A DNA stretch of 63,587 bases, counting the filler, from Reticulomyxa filosa (taxonomy: Eukaryota > Protista > Foraminifera), in NCBI GenBank assembly GCA_000512085.1. It is 21 parts of 21 records of this genome, joined end to end, with 100 filler letters (N's around TTAATTAATTAA, not from the genome) between each part and the next. Parts side by side here need not be neighbours in the genome. Positions count along the whole stretch, not along the records: positions 13,206 to 15,641 come from ASPP01010214.1; positions 15,742 to 17,641 come from ASPP01045568.1; positions 17,742 to 19,367 come from ASPP01011143.1; positions 19,468 to 21,639 come from ASPP01000582.1; positions 21,740 to 24,660 come from ASPP01021907.1; positions 24,761 to 26,560 come from ASPP01009447.1; 15 more parts are not named here. One strand, written 5' to 3'. Of this stretch, positions 13,206 to 24,971 are shown piece after piece. Numbering within the stretch: position 1 is the first letter of the stretch; each line of letters starts with the position of its first letter. The notes below the pieces were generated by a model. It did no database searches. It had not been told where the DNA came from and saw nothing but the letters and a program-made list of their open reading frames with translations. A program made the position numbers and the translations under genes.

Positions 13206-15641
13206 TATATATACATATATATACATATATATGTATATATATATATATACATATATGTGTATATGTTTGCAAAACTTCATTCCAATAATTAATACTTCGA
13301 GACGTAATGGTATGGAACACATTGAAGATTAAGAATGTGACCGTGGCAATAAGCAACAGAGATGCGATTTCTGCTGCCTTTTGAACGGGCTTCTCTTCCG
13401 ACGAAAAGAAGTTGGTGTTGTCGGGGACTTTGACAAGCAAGGGACATAGCAATGCCAATATCCAAATGTGGGATTGAAAGTCGATTGGATACGTCCATGG
13501 ATGGCGGCTTTTGTTCAGTCCCGTCGTGTGTACAAAGTCGCTGGCCATCACGTGAATGCGACGATACAATGAGGGGTCGTCAAAGTACATTTGCACATGC
13601 TCCAATGCATGCATTTGAGGCAAGACGAGGTCGTAGTCGACCGAGGACCATAAGCTCCAAATGGAGGCAAAGAAGAAGTATAATAGGAAAGGGATGACAC
13701 CAGCGACAAAAGCGACAGATATCTATGTATATTTATTTGTTTCAATGTCAAAGCAAGAGAAAGTAAGAGAAAGCAAAGCAAAGTAAATAATTGACAAAAC
13801 ATCTCGATTGGCGTAGTCTTCTCCAAATAGCTTGCCACACCAATATCGAAACATGGTCGTATACAACAGCGTGATGACGAGGATGATGCCGCCTCGAAGT
13901 AGAAAAGAATACCACGACCTGGTCAGCAGCGTGTTTTTGCACTTATTGTGACAGAAGAACAGTGCTGCCAACAAATCGTGTTGCGTCATTTGTTTGGCGT
14001 CCAACACGCTCTGCAAGAACTGCACCTGCTCCTTCTCTTTGCAAAGAAAGCGAACCCACTGGCCAACCAACACCATTGGCAAAAATATAAATTTCAGCAA
14101 TGTCATCCAAAACATTTTGTGATTAAAGCGTCGTCCAATTTTGTGGCTTAATAAATCAGTGTCTTCTACCTGTGTTAATAAAAACGTATACATATATATA
14201 TGTACATATACGTATACATATATATATATATATATATATTTATATAATAATTATAATTAACTACAGCCTCCAAACTGATAGGCTCTCCTTCTGGATTTCC
14301 AAAAGCAGGTCTTTGATGAAAAAGATCAATGGCTTGCTGGGCGGCGGTTGCACTTGGGAATCGCAAGTATGCGAAAGGCTTATGCCCATTATTCCAATAG
14401 GTGACGATACACCTTTTTCTCCACAACTCTGTCTCTTTGGATAATTTGGCTTCGATGGCGGTTTCAATTTCTCTTTCCTTGTCTTCTCTTGTCCCGGTGG
14501 TCTCTTTCAGCCCACTCACGTACACTTTTTGCGTCATGTCTCTCATGGGCAGAAAGCGGATCGGTCTCGAACTTCCAAATGTCGATCGGTTGTCAAAGCG
14601 CTCTTGGCACCGCAGCGCATCCGATCGATTCCAAAACCAAATGTACGCGTGGTACGTGTGGTGCTGGCCGCTCGCCTTTCTCTTATGTCTCGGACTTGGC
14701 GTCCGCAATGTATTCACGCGCTGTCGTTGGTGCGTCTGCGTCCGGTCATCTTTCTTTTCCTCGCGTTGAATGGGCGTCGCGTCTGTCGTCGTCGGCGTGC
14801 TTCTTCGAGTCACCACCGTATTCAAGCGAAGCCTCAGGCCCATATTCTCATTCTCGTCGTCCATGCTATTGTCTGCTTCCTCTGCCTTGTCACCACCGCC
14901 ATCTTCATTGATATCATCGTCGTCATCATCATCATCATCATTATTATTACCGCCCAGAGCAATGTCATTCTCCACAAATGCAAGCTTGTTTGTGTGGATG
15001 TCCATCTCGCTATGGCTTTCGGCTTCGTCCACGCTTTTCGTCTGCGATAATATCGAATACGTCGTTTGTTGCTGTCGGACATGGCACGATTGCATTCCAA
15101 GCCGTTTTACTTCCTTTCTCTTGTCGTCTTCCTCTCCATCATGTTTGTCTTTGCGGATTGATAACGATGCCAAAGGCTCTTTGTCAGTCTGTGCCGTGAT
15201 TTCGCTCGCTTTGGTGACGTTTGCACCGGTTTCGAGAGTGTTGTCCGGTTTCACTTGGTCTTTTGAATTGAACAAGTTCTCCAGACTCTTTTGCGAGGAT
15301 CTCGTCCCATTCATGTGATATGCTCGCCGAAAAGGGTTTGTGCTTGTTGTCATTGTCTCCGAAGACTCGTGACTGTTTTCCCTGCTTTCACTCTTTACAA
15401 TGCACACATATACATATATATAGCACAACATATGTACATATCAAATGTACAAAAATACGTGAGATTATACGTGTGATAATTACAAAAGCAAAAAAAAAAA
15501 AAAAAAACCTTTGGAGTAGCAGGGCCAGACAAGCGTGATCCAGCGTTATTTCTCCAATCTTCGAAGTTGGTTTGGAATTGTGAGTCTTGCTTCGGCGACA
15601 CAAAGTCATTTGTAATTGAACTTTGCAGTGACGACAGATTG
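13206..15641 (-). CDS. Multi-exon protein with RRM-like domain(s), an acidic linker and multiple TM helices (partial)
   Basis: RNP2/RNP1-like KVYVSGL and KPFAYLRF. Hydrophobic helices in ORFs 13723..14193, 13548..13838 and 13150..13623. Confidence 0.55.
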
Positions 15642-15741
15642 NNNNNNNNNNNNNNNNNNNNNNNNNNNNNNNNNNNNNNNNNNNNTTAATTAATTAANNN
15701 NNNNNNNNNNNNNNNNNNNNNNNNNNNNNNNNNNNNNNNNN

Positions 15742-15769
15742 TAGGCAAATTCCACTCGAAACTTGCCTA
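15742..15769 (-). terminator. Hairpin, probable terminator downstream of the orphan gene
   Basis: Minus-strand TAGGCAAGTTTC-GAGT-GGAATTTGCCTA forms a 12-bp stem with G-U pairs about 30 nt after the stop. The U-tract is lost at the contig end. Confidence 0.55.
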
Positions 15770-15800
15770 TTCCACAATCATAATCAATTACTTTTATTGC

Positions 15801-16928
15801 TTACACTTCTGCTGTATGTACAGGAGAAGGCAACTGATGCAATACATCTTCTATAAAAGTAGCTCCATTAACGCTACCATCGCTTCCATTTACATAGTCA
15901 TTAATATCCAAACTCGCAATCTGATTTTGAGTATATGACACCATCATCCCCTCTACCGCCTGAGCAACCTCTGGTATAATATATCCATTGTTGCCATAAG
16001 CTTTATCACAATTATTATACGCCGCAACAAACAAATCCGCAGAATATTTGGTATTCTCTTGCGTAAAATAGTCATGCAATCCTTTGAGCTTACACTTAGC
16101 TAGAGACTCCGTTGCTAACAAACTCATATTCGCATTAAACTTCTTGTCAAACGCTTCAACCCCTCCATCTATTTTCACAACTTCAGCTTTTACTTCATGT
16201 GCTTTTTGCTTAATTAAATCTACGTCATATTTATCCGCATCTTTTGTACCAAAAACATAATCTTTAGCCTTGTATAGATTATAAAGTATAGAATTTAGTA
16301 CGTTATGCTCAGCCGTAACTGCCTCCTCTTGCACACTAATTATTTTTTTTGTTTCAAATATATGCTTTGTGATGTTTGTACCGTTGCCTAGTATTTTAGC
16401 TACAGAAGAGCAATTTTGTTCGCTTATTAACACCTCGTCATCTACTTCTTTCGTAACAACTACCTCAGCAATTGATTTCCTAACTTCCTGAGCTTCAAAT
16501 ATCGTATCATTTATTTTGCTTCTTAACTGTAATTTTTCTATATATACATCCAATTGTCTGCTTACTTCATTTTTAGTCTCAGTATCAAACCTGCCGAACT
16601 TTATAAAAGCATTCTTTAACTGCTTGACTTGATCCTCAGTTTGAAAATTCTTTTCCATAGCAGATAAATGTACCCCTACGAGAAATCCTCCTTTTTCTTT
16701 TAAAAAAAGCTCTACTCGATTGTACACTTCATTCCCTACAACCTTTCTTATATGTGCTTCTTTAATAGAGCTTGAAAGTGGCAATACGTTATGAGCCATC
16801 TGTTTCTCAAGCTTGTACGTCAACATTTGTGAATACACCATAAGATTTACGCTTTGATTGGCATGCTCCTTTAGCACCATAGTCTCCGCATTATGTCTAC
16901 TCACGCTTCCTATCGCTGTTTCCATCAT
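15801..16928 (-). CDS. Intronless orphan protein (375 aa), probably from an AT-rich bacterium or its plasmid
   Basis: GAGG RBS 6 nt before ATG 16928. No introns or host-type homopolymer tracts. Helical composition with no recognised domain. Confidence 0.75.
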   Translation of the reverse strand: MMETAIGSVSRHNAETMVLKEHANQSVNLMVYSQMLTYKLEKQMAHNVLPLSSSIKEAHIRKVVGNEVYNRVELFLKEKGGFLVGVHLSAMEKNFQTEDQVKQLKNAFIKFGRFDTETKNEVSRQLDVYIEKLQLRSKINDTIFEAQEVRKSIAEVVVTKEVDDEVLISEQNCSSVAKILGNGTNITKHIFETKKIISVQEEAVTAEHNVLNSILYNLYKAKDYVFGTKDADKYDVDLIKQKAHEVKAEVVKIDGGVEAFDKKFNANMSLLATESLAKCKLKGLHDYFTQENTKYSADLFVAAYNNCDKAYGNNGYIIPEVAQAVEGMMVSYTQNQIASLDINDYVNGSDGSVNGATFIEDVLHQLPSPVHTAEV

Positions 16929-17303
16929 TAGTAACCTCAAATAACAGTTAAAATCTATTCATATTTTTATTTAAAGAATAATAAAAGATTATGCAAGCAA
17001 AAATTCCTCTCATCAATCCTATAGACAACTAGATTTCTCTAAAAAAAATCTTTATTAACCTCTTACGTAACCTACTCAACACAAGCAAGCCCCATTTTTC
17101 TTAATAGTATAAACCCATTTTTTACTCTTACCCTACCCTATCGTCTAACTTTTCGTATACACTTCAACATTAATATATCGCCCTTATCAGCTCAATGGCT
17201 TAAATTTTAATTTAAATAACTAAACTTGAATGTTATTAAATATTATTGAAAATTAGTTAATACGTCAGTATTAATGCAGTTGAGAAGTTAAAAACCCTAT
17301 TAG

Positions 17304-17519
17304 TTATCAACAAAATTATGTTAATTATAACATTTACTAACGCATAGTTACCCGACTTTCAACGCATAATTACCCGACTTTCAACGCATAATTCCCCGGC
17401 CCTATAGAGCTACAATATCGTATTTGTCTAGCTTATAGGTTTCCCCCTATATAACCTATATAACCTATAAAAACCTATATATTCCTTCACATAAATGTTA
17501 GTAAAGTTACTAACATTTA
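17304..17519 (+). promoter_or_regulatory. Putative iteron-type plasmid replication origin
   Basis: DnaA-box-like TTATCAACA (17304). Three tandem 22-bp repeats AACGCATAATTACCCGACTTTC (17339, 17361, 17383 partial). About 9-bp AACCTATAT repeats (17445-17480). A 13-bp perfect inverted repeat at 17492-17519. Confidence 0.6.
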
Positions 17520-17741
17520 GTTGGGAAATAAATAATTAAGATATATATTTTTATTTTAAAAGTATATTCTATCATTAAGGAACTAAGCTATTATCAATGA
17601 CATGAAGAAATAATAAATATCATATATCAACGTTATATATANNNNNNNNNNNNNNNNNNNNNNNNNNNNNNNNNNNNNNNNNNNNTTAATTAATTAANNN
17701 NNNNNNNNNNNNNNNNNNNNNNNNNNNNNNNNNNNNNNNNN

Positions 17742-17742
17742 C

Positions 17743-17773
<31 letters not shown>

Positions 17774-18642
17774 GCAGCAGCAGCAATCGCTGGTGCGTAA
17801 AGTGAGTAATGCCAGCGATCGATCCACCGACTCGATATCGCGTACGTTGACGCTCGAAATACTCCCGTCCACTCACGGTGGAGTCATGGCGAGTGAGAAC
17901 AGCGCCACATCATTGTTCAAGGGCAAAAGACACGCCACTCCAAACTCGTTCAAGACTCCGAAAAAACAGAGGTCGGAGCGGAAGACGAGAGGCAGAGGAG
18001 AGAGTCATACGCCACATAACAAACAGTGGGCGCAAAAAATGGCCGCTGATATCCCTTCACATCATCCGCAGTCAGCCACCAGCATGAGCAGCATATCCAA
18101 TGTCGATGACAGCGAGGACACGGGCACCGTGGTCATCCTCAGCGATGGACGACGCACCATCGACAACTCCGTCGTCGGCAGGGACGAAACGTTCATCACC
18201 GAGGACTTGGATCACTTGCGTGAGAGCAGTGATCACGATTATCTCTTTGACGATACCCAACACAAACTCACACCTTCGCCTGCCACTTTCAAGTCCGATG
18301 AGGGAGCCAAGCTTGCCTTCCACACTCTTGATGGACAATTGCTTGTGGAACCAGCGGAGGAAGGCAATGCCAATGTTTCTAATTCTTACAAACAAAACAA
18401 AGACAAAGACAAAGATAAAGACAGAGACAAAGATAAAGACAAAGACAAAGACAAAAATACAGATAAAATGAAAGACAAAGATAGTCATCTTCAAGATCAT
18501 CGAAAACAAACCATCAATAGCAGCAGCACTGGTGAAAAAGGATTTGATCAAATCGAGGAAGATTTTAAATATGATGACACTCCAAATCGAATGAATCAAA
18601 TTCAAGCGGTAACACATACATTACAAACATATATACATATAC

Positions 18643-18674
<32 letters not shown>

Positions 18675-19222
18675 CTTTTGTCTCTTTTCTTATGCATGTG
18701 CGCATGCTTTGTACACAACATCTGTTGTTTACTTCAAATAAAACTCGTGCACTAATGCTAGCATGCATTGTCCAACTCAGCAAAAGTTCGCGTGGAAATC
18801 CCCGAAAATGCGGCCGGTGAGTTGCTTGGGAATTTCATCGCATCGCAGATAGGAATTTGTGTCCCATCGGCAGATGTGATAACCTCGAAAGAATCGGCAA
18901 AGGCGTATCGCTTGCTGAACGAACATGGACACGGGGAAGAGTACAAAAACGCCATTTATCCGCCGACGATTTTGGTATTTGAAGAGCTGGACGGAATGAG
19001 CATCAACTCTTTGCGAGTGTCGGAGATCACCAATCCGCAGGAACTGCAACTGATTCGAAATGTCGCCCACAAAATTATGGGGAAGAAATTTCCACAGAAA
19101 TTAGGAAAGCATTGCAAAGCCATTTTGCGAGATGCCGGCTTTATTTTTGCTTTGGACGTTGCTTTGTGCAACCCTTCCCGATTTCCTGTGGATGAACCAT
19201 TTGAAGGAGTTGATGCTCCTGG
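17742..19222 (+). CDS. Protein with an actin-fragmin kinase-like domain (partial, multi-exon), probably a pseudokinase
   Basis: ELLGNFIASQIGICVP, LVFEELDG and AGFIFALDVALCNPSRFP resemble the AFK catalytic domain. Preceded by poly-Q and KD-repeat low complexity. Confidence 0.6.
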
Positions 19223-19324
19223 TCTTATTTACTTTATTTGCACTTTTTTTTTTTTTTTTTTTTTCTTCCTTCATTTACATAATGTGTTGATTTTTATTTA
19301 ATTGAACGCATAACCCTCCCCCCT

Positions 19325-19362
<38 letters not shown>

Positions 19363-20783
19363 TTAAANNNNNNNNNNNNNNNNNNNNNNNNNNNNNNNNN
19401 NNNNNNNNNNNTTAATTAATTAANNNNNNNNNNNNNNNNNNNNNNNNNNNNNNNNNNNNNNNNNNNNGAAGTAATGCTGAAATTGAAAAATTTGTAAATG
19501 TGTGTTGACTTGTTTAAATAAAGATTATTTGGATGAAAAGTATTGGAAATTTTATTTTAAATTGTACATTACAATCGCCTTCTTTTTTAAATACAATAAT
19601 TTCTAATTCATTTTCCACATTTACAAATGTTTGTTCGAAATCTAAATCTGATGTATGCTATTTCGAAAACAAGTAGCCAAATAAAGACTGTTAATTTGTA
19701 GCGCAAGTCCATACCATAGATAGCCGAATTCTGAAGTAGTTGAGGGGCCAGTGTGTTCAACTTCTCCACTAATTTTCTTCAATCTTTGTTTGTTTCTCTT
19801 TCTTTTATTGTGTCATTTATCTTTTATTTGTTTAATTTACTTTTGTTTTGCCGAAAACAGATCTCTTTTTGAGTAAACCTTTTCGTATTACATTTAGTGC
19901 AGTCTCTTATCGGCAGATGTCCCAAAAATTTGATCATATTTGATTTATTTAGAATTGGAATTCTTTTCTTCCAATGATTTAACTAAATCAAATGTAATTT
20001 CATTTTTGAAATGAGATGATCATAAATTTTGTTTGAAACAGATATGATTGCAACCAAATAGTTTAAACCACGAATTAAATGAAGAACGTAGAGCTCTTTT
20101 TTTATGCATTATGAAGATTTTCTATTCAAAAACAATGCAAGTTCACAAAAATCAGTTACAGTTATTCCCTGCTGAAGTCCGAGTAATAAAACGTGTGCAA
20201 TTCAATTGTTTATTCTCTTTTGTGTCTGTCGAAGATTTCACAGCTGAATTGCTCTGTTGACAATACTTGCTTATTTCTGCAGTTTTGTTGAAGCAATTGA
20301 AAAAAAAAAATTGAATTATTTATTTCAAAATTTTCTCTTTGGAGAACATCTGGATCTCCAGATTCAAAAGACAAAAAAGGACCCTTGAAAGAACAATAGC
20401 AGAATTGAACTAACTATTCAATCTTCGTTTCTTCAAAAAACTTTATTTTTTTAATTGTAGTGATGCAATCCTTATTTTTGGACATTTAAATGCGAGTCTG
20501 GTCTTTTTTTAAAAACAATAAACCAAAATACTTTGTGAAGATTATCAATATTTTATGTGAAAAATCAACATTTTCTGAAATGTTTTTTGTCAGTTAATGT
20601 TTGTTTTATTGTGATAATTTTTGACTGTATGCATTTCGCATTTGTCAATAACTTTGATTTGTGTTACTGTTTGATAATTATGACAAATTTTAGATTGAAT
20701 GAATTGAAATGAGAATCAAAACCAACTTTCGTTAATCTTTCCACTTAAAAAAGTGATATATCAAAAAACTTCATTCACATGGT

Positions 20784-21639
20784 TCATCCCCAAACACGAA
20801 TTAAACCATCAGCTGAACCATAACATAAATTAACACAACAATTGCCATTTACGCTCTTATTCAATTCCATAAATTTAAGACAAGTTACTATTTTTCTTAC
20901 TTTTATCACATATAATTCATTCTTATTTGATCGAATATCCCAAACACGAATTATATTATCAATTGACCCAGAACAGATCACATTTGAATTACAAGTGCTA
21001 TTCTTTATTACAAATGGAGAATATTTGACAGAAGATACATGACGTTCATGTCCATTGAACTCTTGAATTTGTTGACCAGATCGAATATCCCACAAACGAA
21101 CGCTTTTATCCTCTGATCCAGATAATATTATATTTACTATCTATTTGATCCATATTTTACACTCTTCACATAATTTGTATGTCCTTTGAGCACATTTAAT
21201 TGTTTTGTTGTTTCAATATCCCATATTCGAATGGTTTTATCAAATGATCCAGAACAAATTGTATATCCATTTCCAACAATCAAACCAATATTATTTATTT
21301 TATTATCGTTATTATTACTATAATTGCCTTGCAACGGTGAAATATCAACACACCAAATATACAATGTATGTCCATTGAAAACATGTAATGATTTTGATGT
21401 TTCAACATCCCATAAACGAATTGTTTTGTCATATGATCCAGAACACAAATATCTACAATCATTAAATGATGAAAATTCAATACCATAAACATAACTAGTG
21501 TGCCCATTGAATATTTGTAATTGTTTATTATGTTTGAAATCCCAAAATCGAATGGTTTTGTCACTTGATGAAGAACAAATGACATTTTGACGATTATTAT
21601 GATAATGATATGATGAAAATTTTACACAATTCACAGAAT
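20784..21639 (-). pseudogene. WD40-repeat gene (5'-partial) with frameshift at ~21137
   Basis: ORFs 21137..21634 and 20784..21095 are consecutive parts of one WD40 protein, broken after KYGSN. Confidence 0.8.
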
Positions 21640-21739
21640 NNNNNNNNNNNNNNNNNNNNNNNNNNNNNNNNNNNNNNNNNNNNTTAATTAATTAANNNNN
21701 NNNNNNNNNNNNNNNNNNNNNNNNNNNNNNNNNNNNNNN

Positions 21740-23947
21740 ATTCAAACCCTTTCGGTTCCAACCTCCTCCACCTCAACCTCAACCTCAACCTCCTCTTCCT
21801 CTTCTTCTTCCTCTTCCAAATGCACCAAACGAAGGAATAAACAATGAACCGCACGGAAAAAAAGAAATTGTCGCAGATCCATTGCTCCAGCCTCAGCCGC
21901 AGCCATTGGATGATGTCGTCGACGCGCATGCGGAGATATGCTCATCACAGTTACATGCTGATCCGTTGCATATCGAACCGCTATTCTCCGATGCAACCTC
22001 ACACATTCAACATCAAGGCGTTGATTCCTTGTTTACTGTCGAGGTTAGAACGTATTTTTTCTTGTTGGATCATTTTTGAAACACAAGTTTGCTTGTTTGT
22101 TTTTTGGAACATGGGTTGGACGGGTGGAAAAGGGGTCACTTCTGGAGGAAAAAAAGCAAGAAAATGAAGAAAATGAAGAAAAAGCAGAAAAACCAGAAAT
22201 GAAATGTACAGACAACATCGAAGAGAAGAACAACGAAAATGCGACGGAGGAAGAAATGCCGGCCGACACGGAAGCAAAACAAGCCGAAAAAAAAACGAAA
22301 AAAAAAAGAAAAGGAAGACAATGGATGACATATTTCTGAAACAGCATCCTTGGGAAAATCAACACGATTTGTATTTGCAATTGCAAAATGAAAGAGTAAA
22401 GTTAGCAAAGCGCTGCCAATTGTACACCGTCGGCATTGACCATATCGTTTTGCGCATTTTTTTTTTAATTTTATTTGCGTGGCTTACTTACATTTTAATC
22501 TTTTTCATTGCCATGTTATTTCCTATTGTTTCTGGACGATTTTTTATGCCTTATTTTCAGCTTATTTTCAGGTGCAAACATGAAAAACGGAGGAATGGCT
22601 TTTTTTTTTTTTTTTGTAATTGTATTATACGTATACATATATGTATATATGTGTATAAATGTACATTGAAATTTGTATGATATAATATTCACATGCAATT
22701 ATATCAGACATCACTCCGACATTGCAGCCTATTTTATAGGGACAGTAACATGTGTGGAATTGCCTTATGAGATAAGTCGAGTGTTCAAAAACTATCATCA
22801 AGGACAATTGTGGAAAAAAATAAAGAAGTTGTTGATTCGTTTGTTTGTGCTTGTGTTTCTGCCATTGACGTTTGGATATGGTTGGATGTTGATGGTGTTT
22901 CATTTCACACATTCGATGTTGGAAACGCCATTGCTCCCTTTTGCAGAAATGTATTGCACTGGTATTTATATCACCACTGTCTATTTGTTGTTGCAAGACC
23001 AAGAAAAAGTACAGGAAATCATCCGATGGATTCAAGGACATATGGACATTGATTTGTGGAGGTTTTGGGATGAAATGGCCAAACACATTGTCCAGCTGAT
23101 TATCATACATTTGTCTTTTCCTATTGCTTTGCGATATTTGTTGTTACATTTTGTCATTTTGCCCAGGCAGGCTGTCTTTCCATTGTCTTCTACTACTGGT
23201 GACACTTTTCCAACACATACCATAGGTATCAATTCTTTTTTTCCTCCTCTCATCTTCTTTCATGAAAGATATACAATATAATAATAAAAAAAAAAAAAAA
23301 GAGAGCCAATATCCATTTAATGTCACTTGGTCTTTTCATCGAGTACACGATCATCATCCACAAAATGCTTCGTTATACTATTATCGTCGATGGAATGGCA
23401 ACATATCGTTAAATGCTGATGATATGCACCAATTTTCGCTGGATATCGATTCCATTATCAATGGAGATGTTTCTTTACATTATAATCTTCACGAATATGA
23501 GCTGTTCTTGCACCATTCGCCAATCCATAATTTGCTACGAATGGTATTTTCTGGGGACATTTCCAATACATTGATATGGTTTGAAGATCCACACCATGTC
23601 AAACTTTGGGTCACTTTTGTCAAATTCTTATGTGAATTGCTCATTTTGCGATGTCCAATCGTTACTCTATTGTGGTTTCGTCTCAATTACAAACTAAAAT
23701 GTGTCATTGTCGCTAAATTACCGGCAATTAAAGAACAAATCTTAATCCAAAAGTTATTCTTTTATTTTTTTCTTTCATTATTGTTTTTGCTCTTTTTTTA
23801 AGGCAACTATCCGAACACAGGTATGCAACCAATCGCCGATTAGTTAATTATGCCGCAAAAAATGGTCAACCTAACAATCCCAACAATGGAAAAAACCAAA
23901 TTGGTGGTAATGCAACTGATCAAAGACAACCAGGATTGTTGCTCTAA
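21740..23947 (+). CDS. MARCH6/Doa10-like membrane E3 ubiquitin ligase, C-terminal part (multi-exon)
   Basis: LRIFFLILFAWLTYILIFFIAMLFPIVSGRFFM...HSDIAAYFIG and the terminal element EHRYATNRRLVNY resemble the MARCH6 late TMs and YLVGQRLVNY. Confidence 0.7.
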
Positions 23948-24353
23948 TAACTTAACAAAATGTTATTGTTGACTTGTTGTTGTTGATGAATGCTGGCATT
24001 ACATTTATATATTTTTCTTTGTAGTCTTGAAGAAAATTTAAATAAAATAAATGACCAAATCAATCGCTTTTTTTTTTTCTTCGACAAAAACAGATTTAGT
24101 AAGTTTAATTTGCATCTCTGGACAATATGTTGATTGTCGTGTGGTGTCATTTTTGTGTTTTTTTTTGACGCTCTGACACAATGTTTGATTCTAAACTGTT
24201 ATCAAATTTGAAAAAAATGATTTGATAAGTAATCTTATTTTTTTGTTAAATCAAAAATTAAGAATTAGAAATGCAGTAAATAATTTTAAAACATTTAATA
24301 TGATGAAAATGATGATAATTAATTAATTAATATTTTTTTAAAAAGAAATTGAT

Positions 24354-24610
24354 TTATTGTTGAATTACACCAAAATGTTGAATTGATAAAGAAAAAATTT
24401 GAATGGATAATTCCACTGAAATGGAATATAAAATAATTAAAGGAATCCATCCATAATTTGAATTAATTTTATCATCAAATATTTGTACAGCATCAATATC
24501 TTGTTGATAATGAATATCTTGATTTTGTTTTTTTAATTCTTTTAATTTTATATGTTTTCGAGAACAATCTAAAAGTAAATCAAATATTCTTTGATTATAG
24601 TTATTTCCTT
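24354..24610 (-). CDS. Terminal exon of an unknown, very AT-rich gene
   Basis: AG acceptor followed by about 84 open codons (GNNYNQRIFDLLLDCSRK...QHFGVIQQ*). Confidence 0.4.
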
Positions 24611-24625
24611 CTATAATAAATAAAA

Positions 24626-24660
<35 letters not shown>

Positions 24661-24761
24661 NNNNNNNNNNNNNNNNNNNNNNNNNNNNNNNNNNNNNNNN
24701 NNNNTTAATTAATTAANNNNNNNNNNNNNNNNNNNNNNNNNNNNNNNNNNNNNNNNNNNNC

Positions 24762-24854
24762 GTGCATGCATCGCGCATGAGCATGGACCAGCTGGTCGAG
24801 CATTGCCTGCCGCCGCTGCTGCAGGCGCAGGCGCATCTGCGCATGCTGCTCTGA
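24762..24854 (+). CDS. C-terminal end of a probable IclR-family regulator
   Basis: VHASRMSMDQLVEHCLPPLLQAQAHLRMLL* resembles the PcaR/PobR-type IclR C-terminus. Confidence 0.6.
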   Translation: MHASRMSMDQLVEHCLPPLLQAQAHLRMLL

Positions 24855-24971
24855 GCGTCCCCTGGACCGCCAAGTAAAACGGGATCCCGCGCAGTCCGTG
24901 TCAATACTCTGACGCCGACCTGAAGCCCTGAAGACAATGCCCTGCAACGCGAGTTGGAGGGCATTGTTCAT

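Noticed and set aside
17339-17404. 22-bp repeats as a CRISPR array
   Set aside because: The repeats are contiguous with no spacers, and there are no cas genes.
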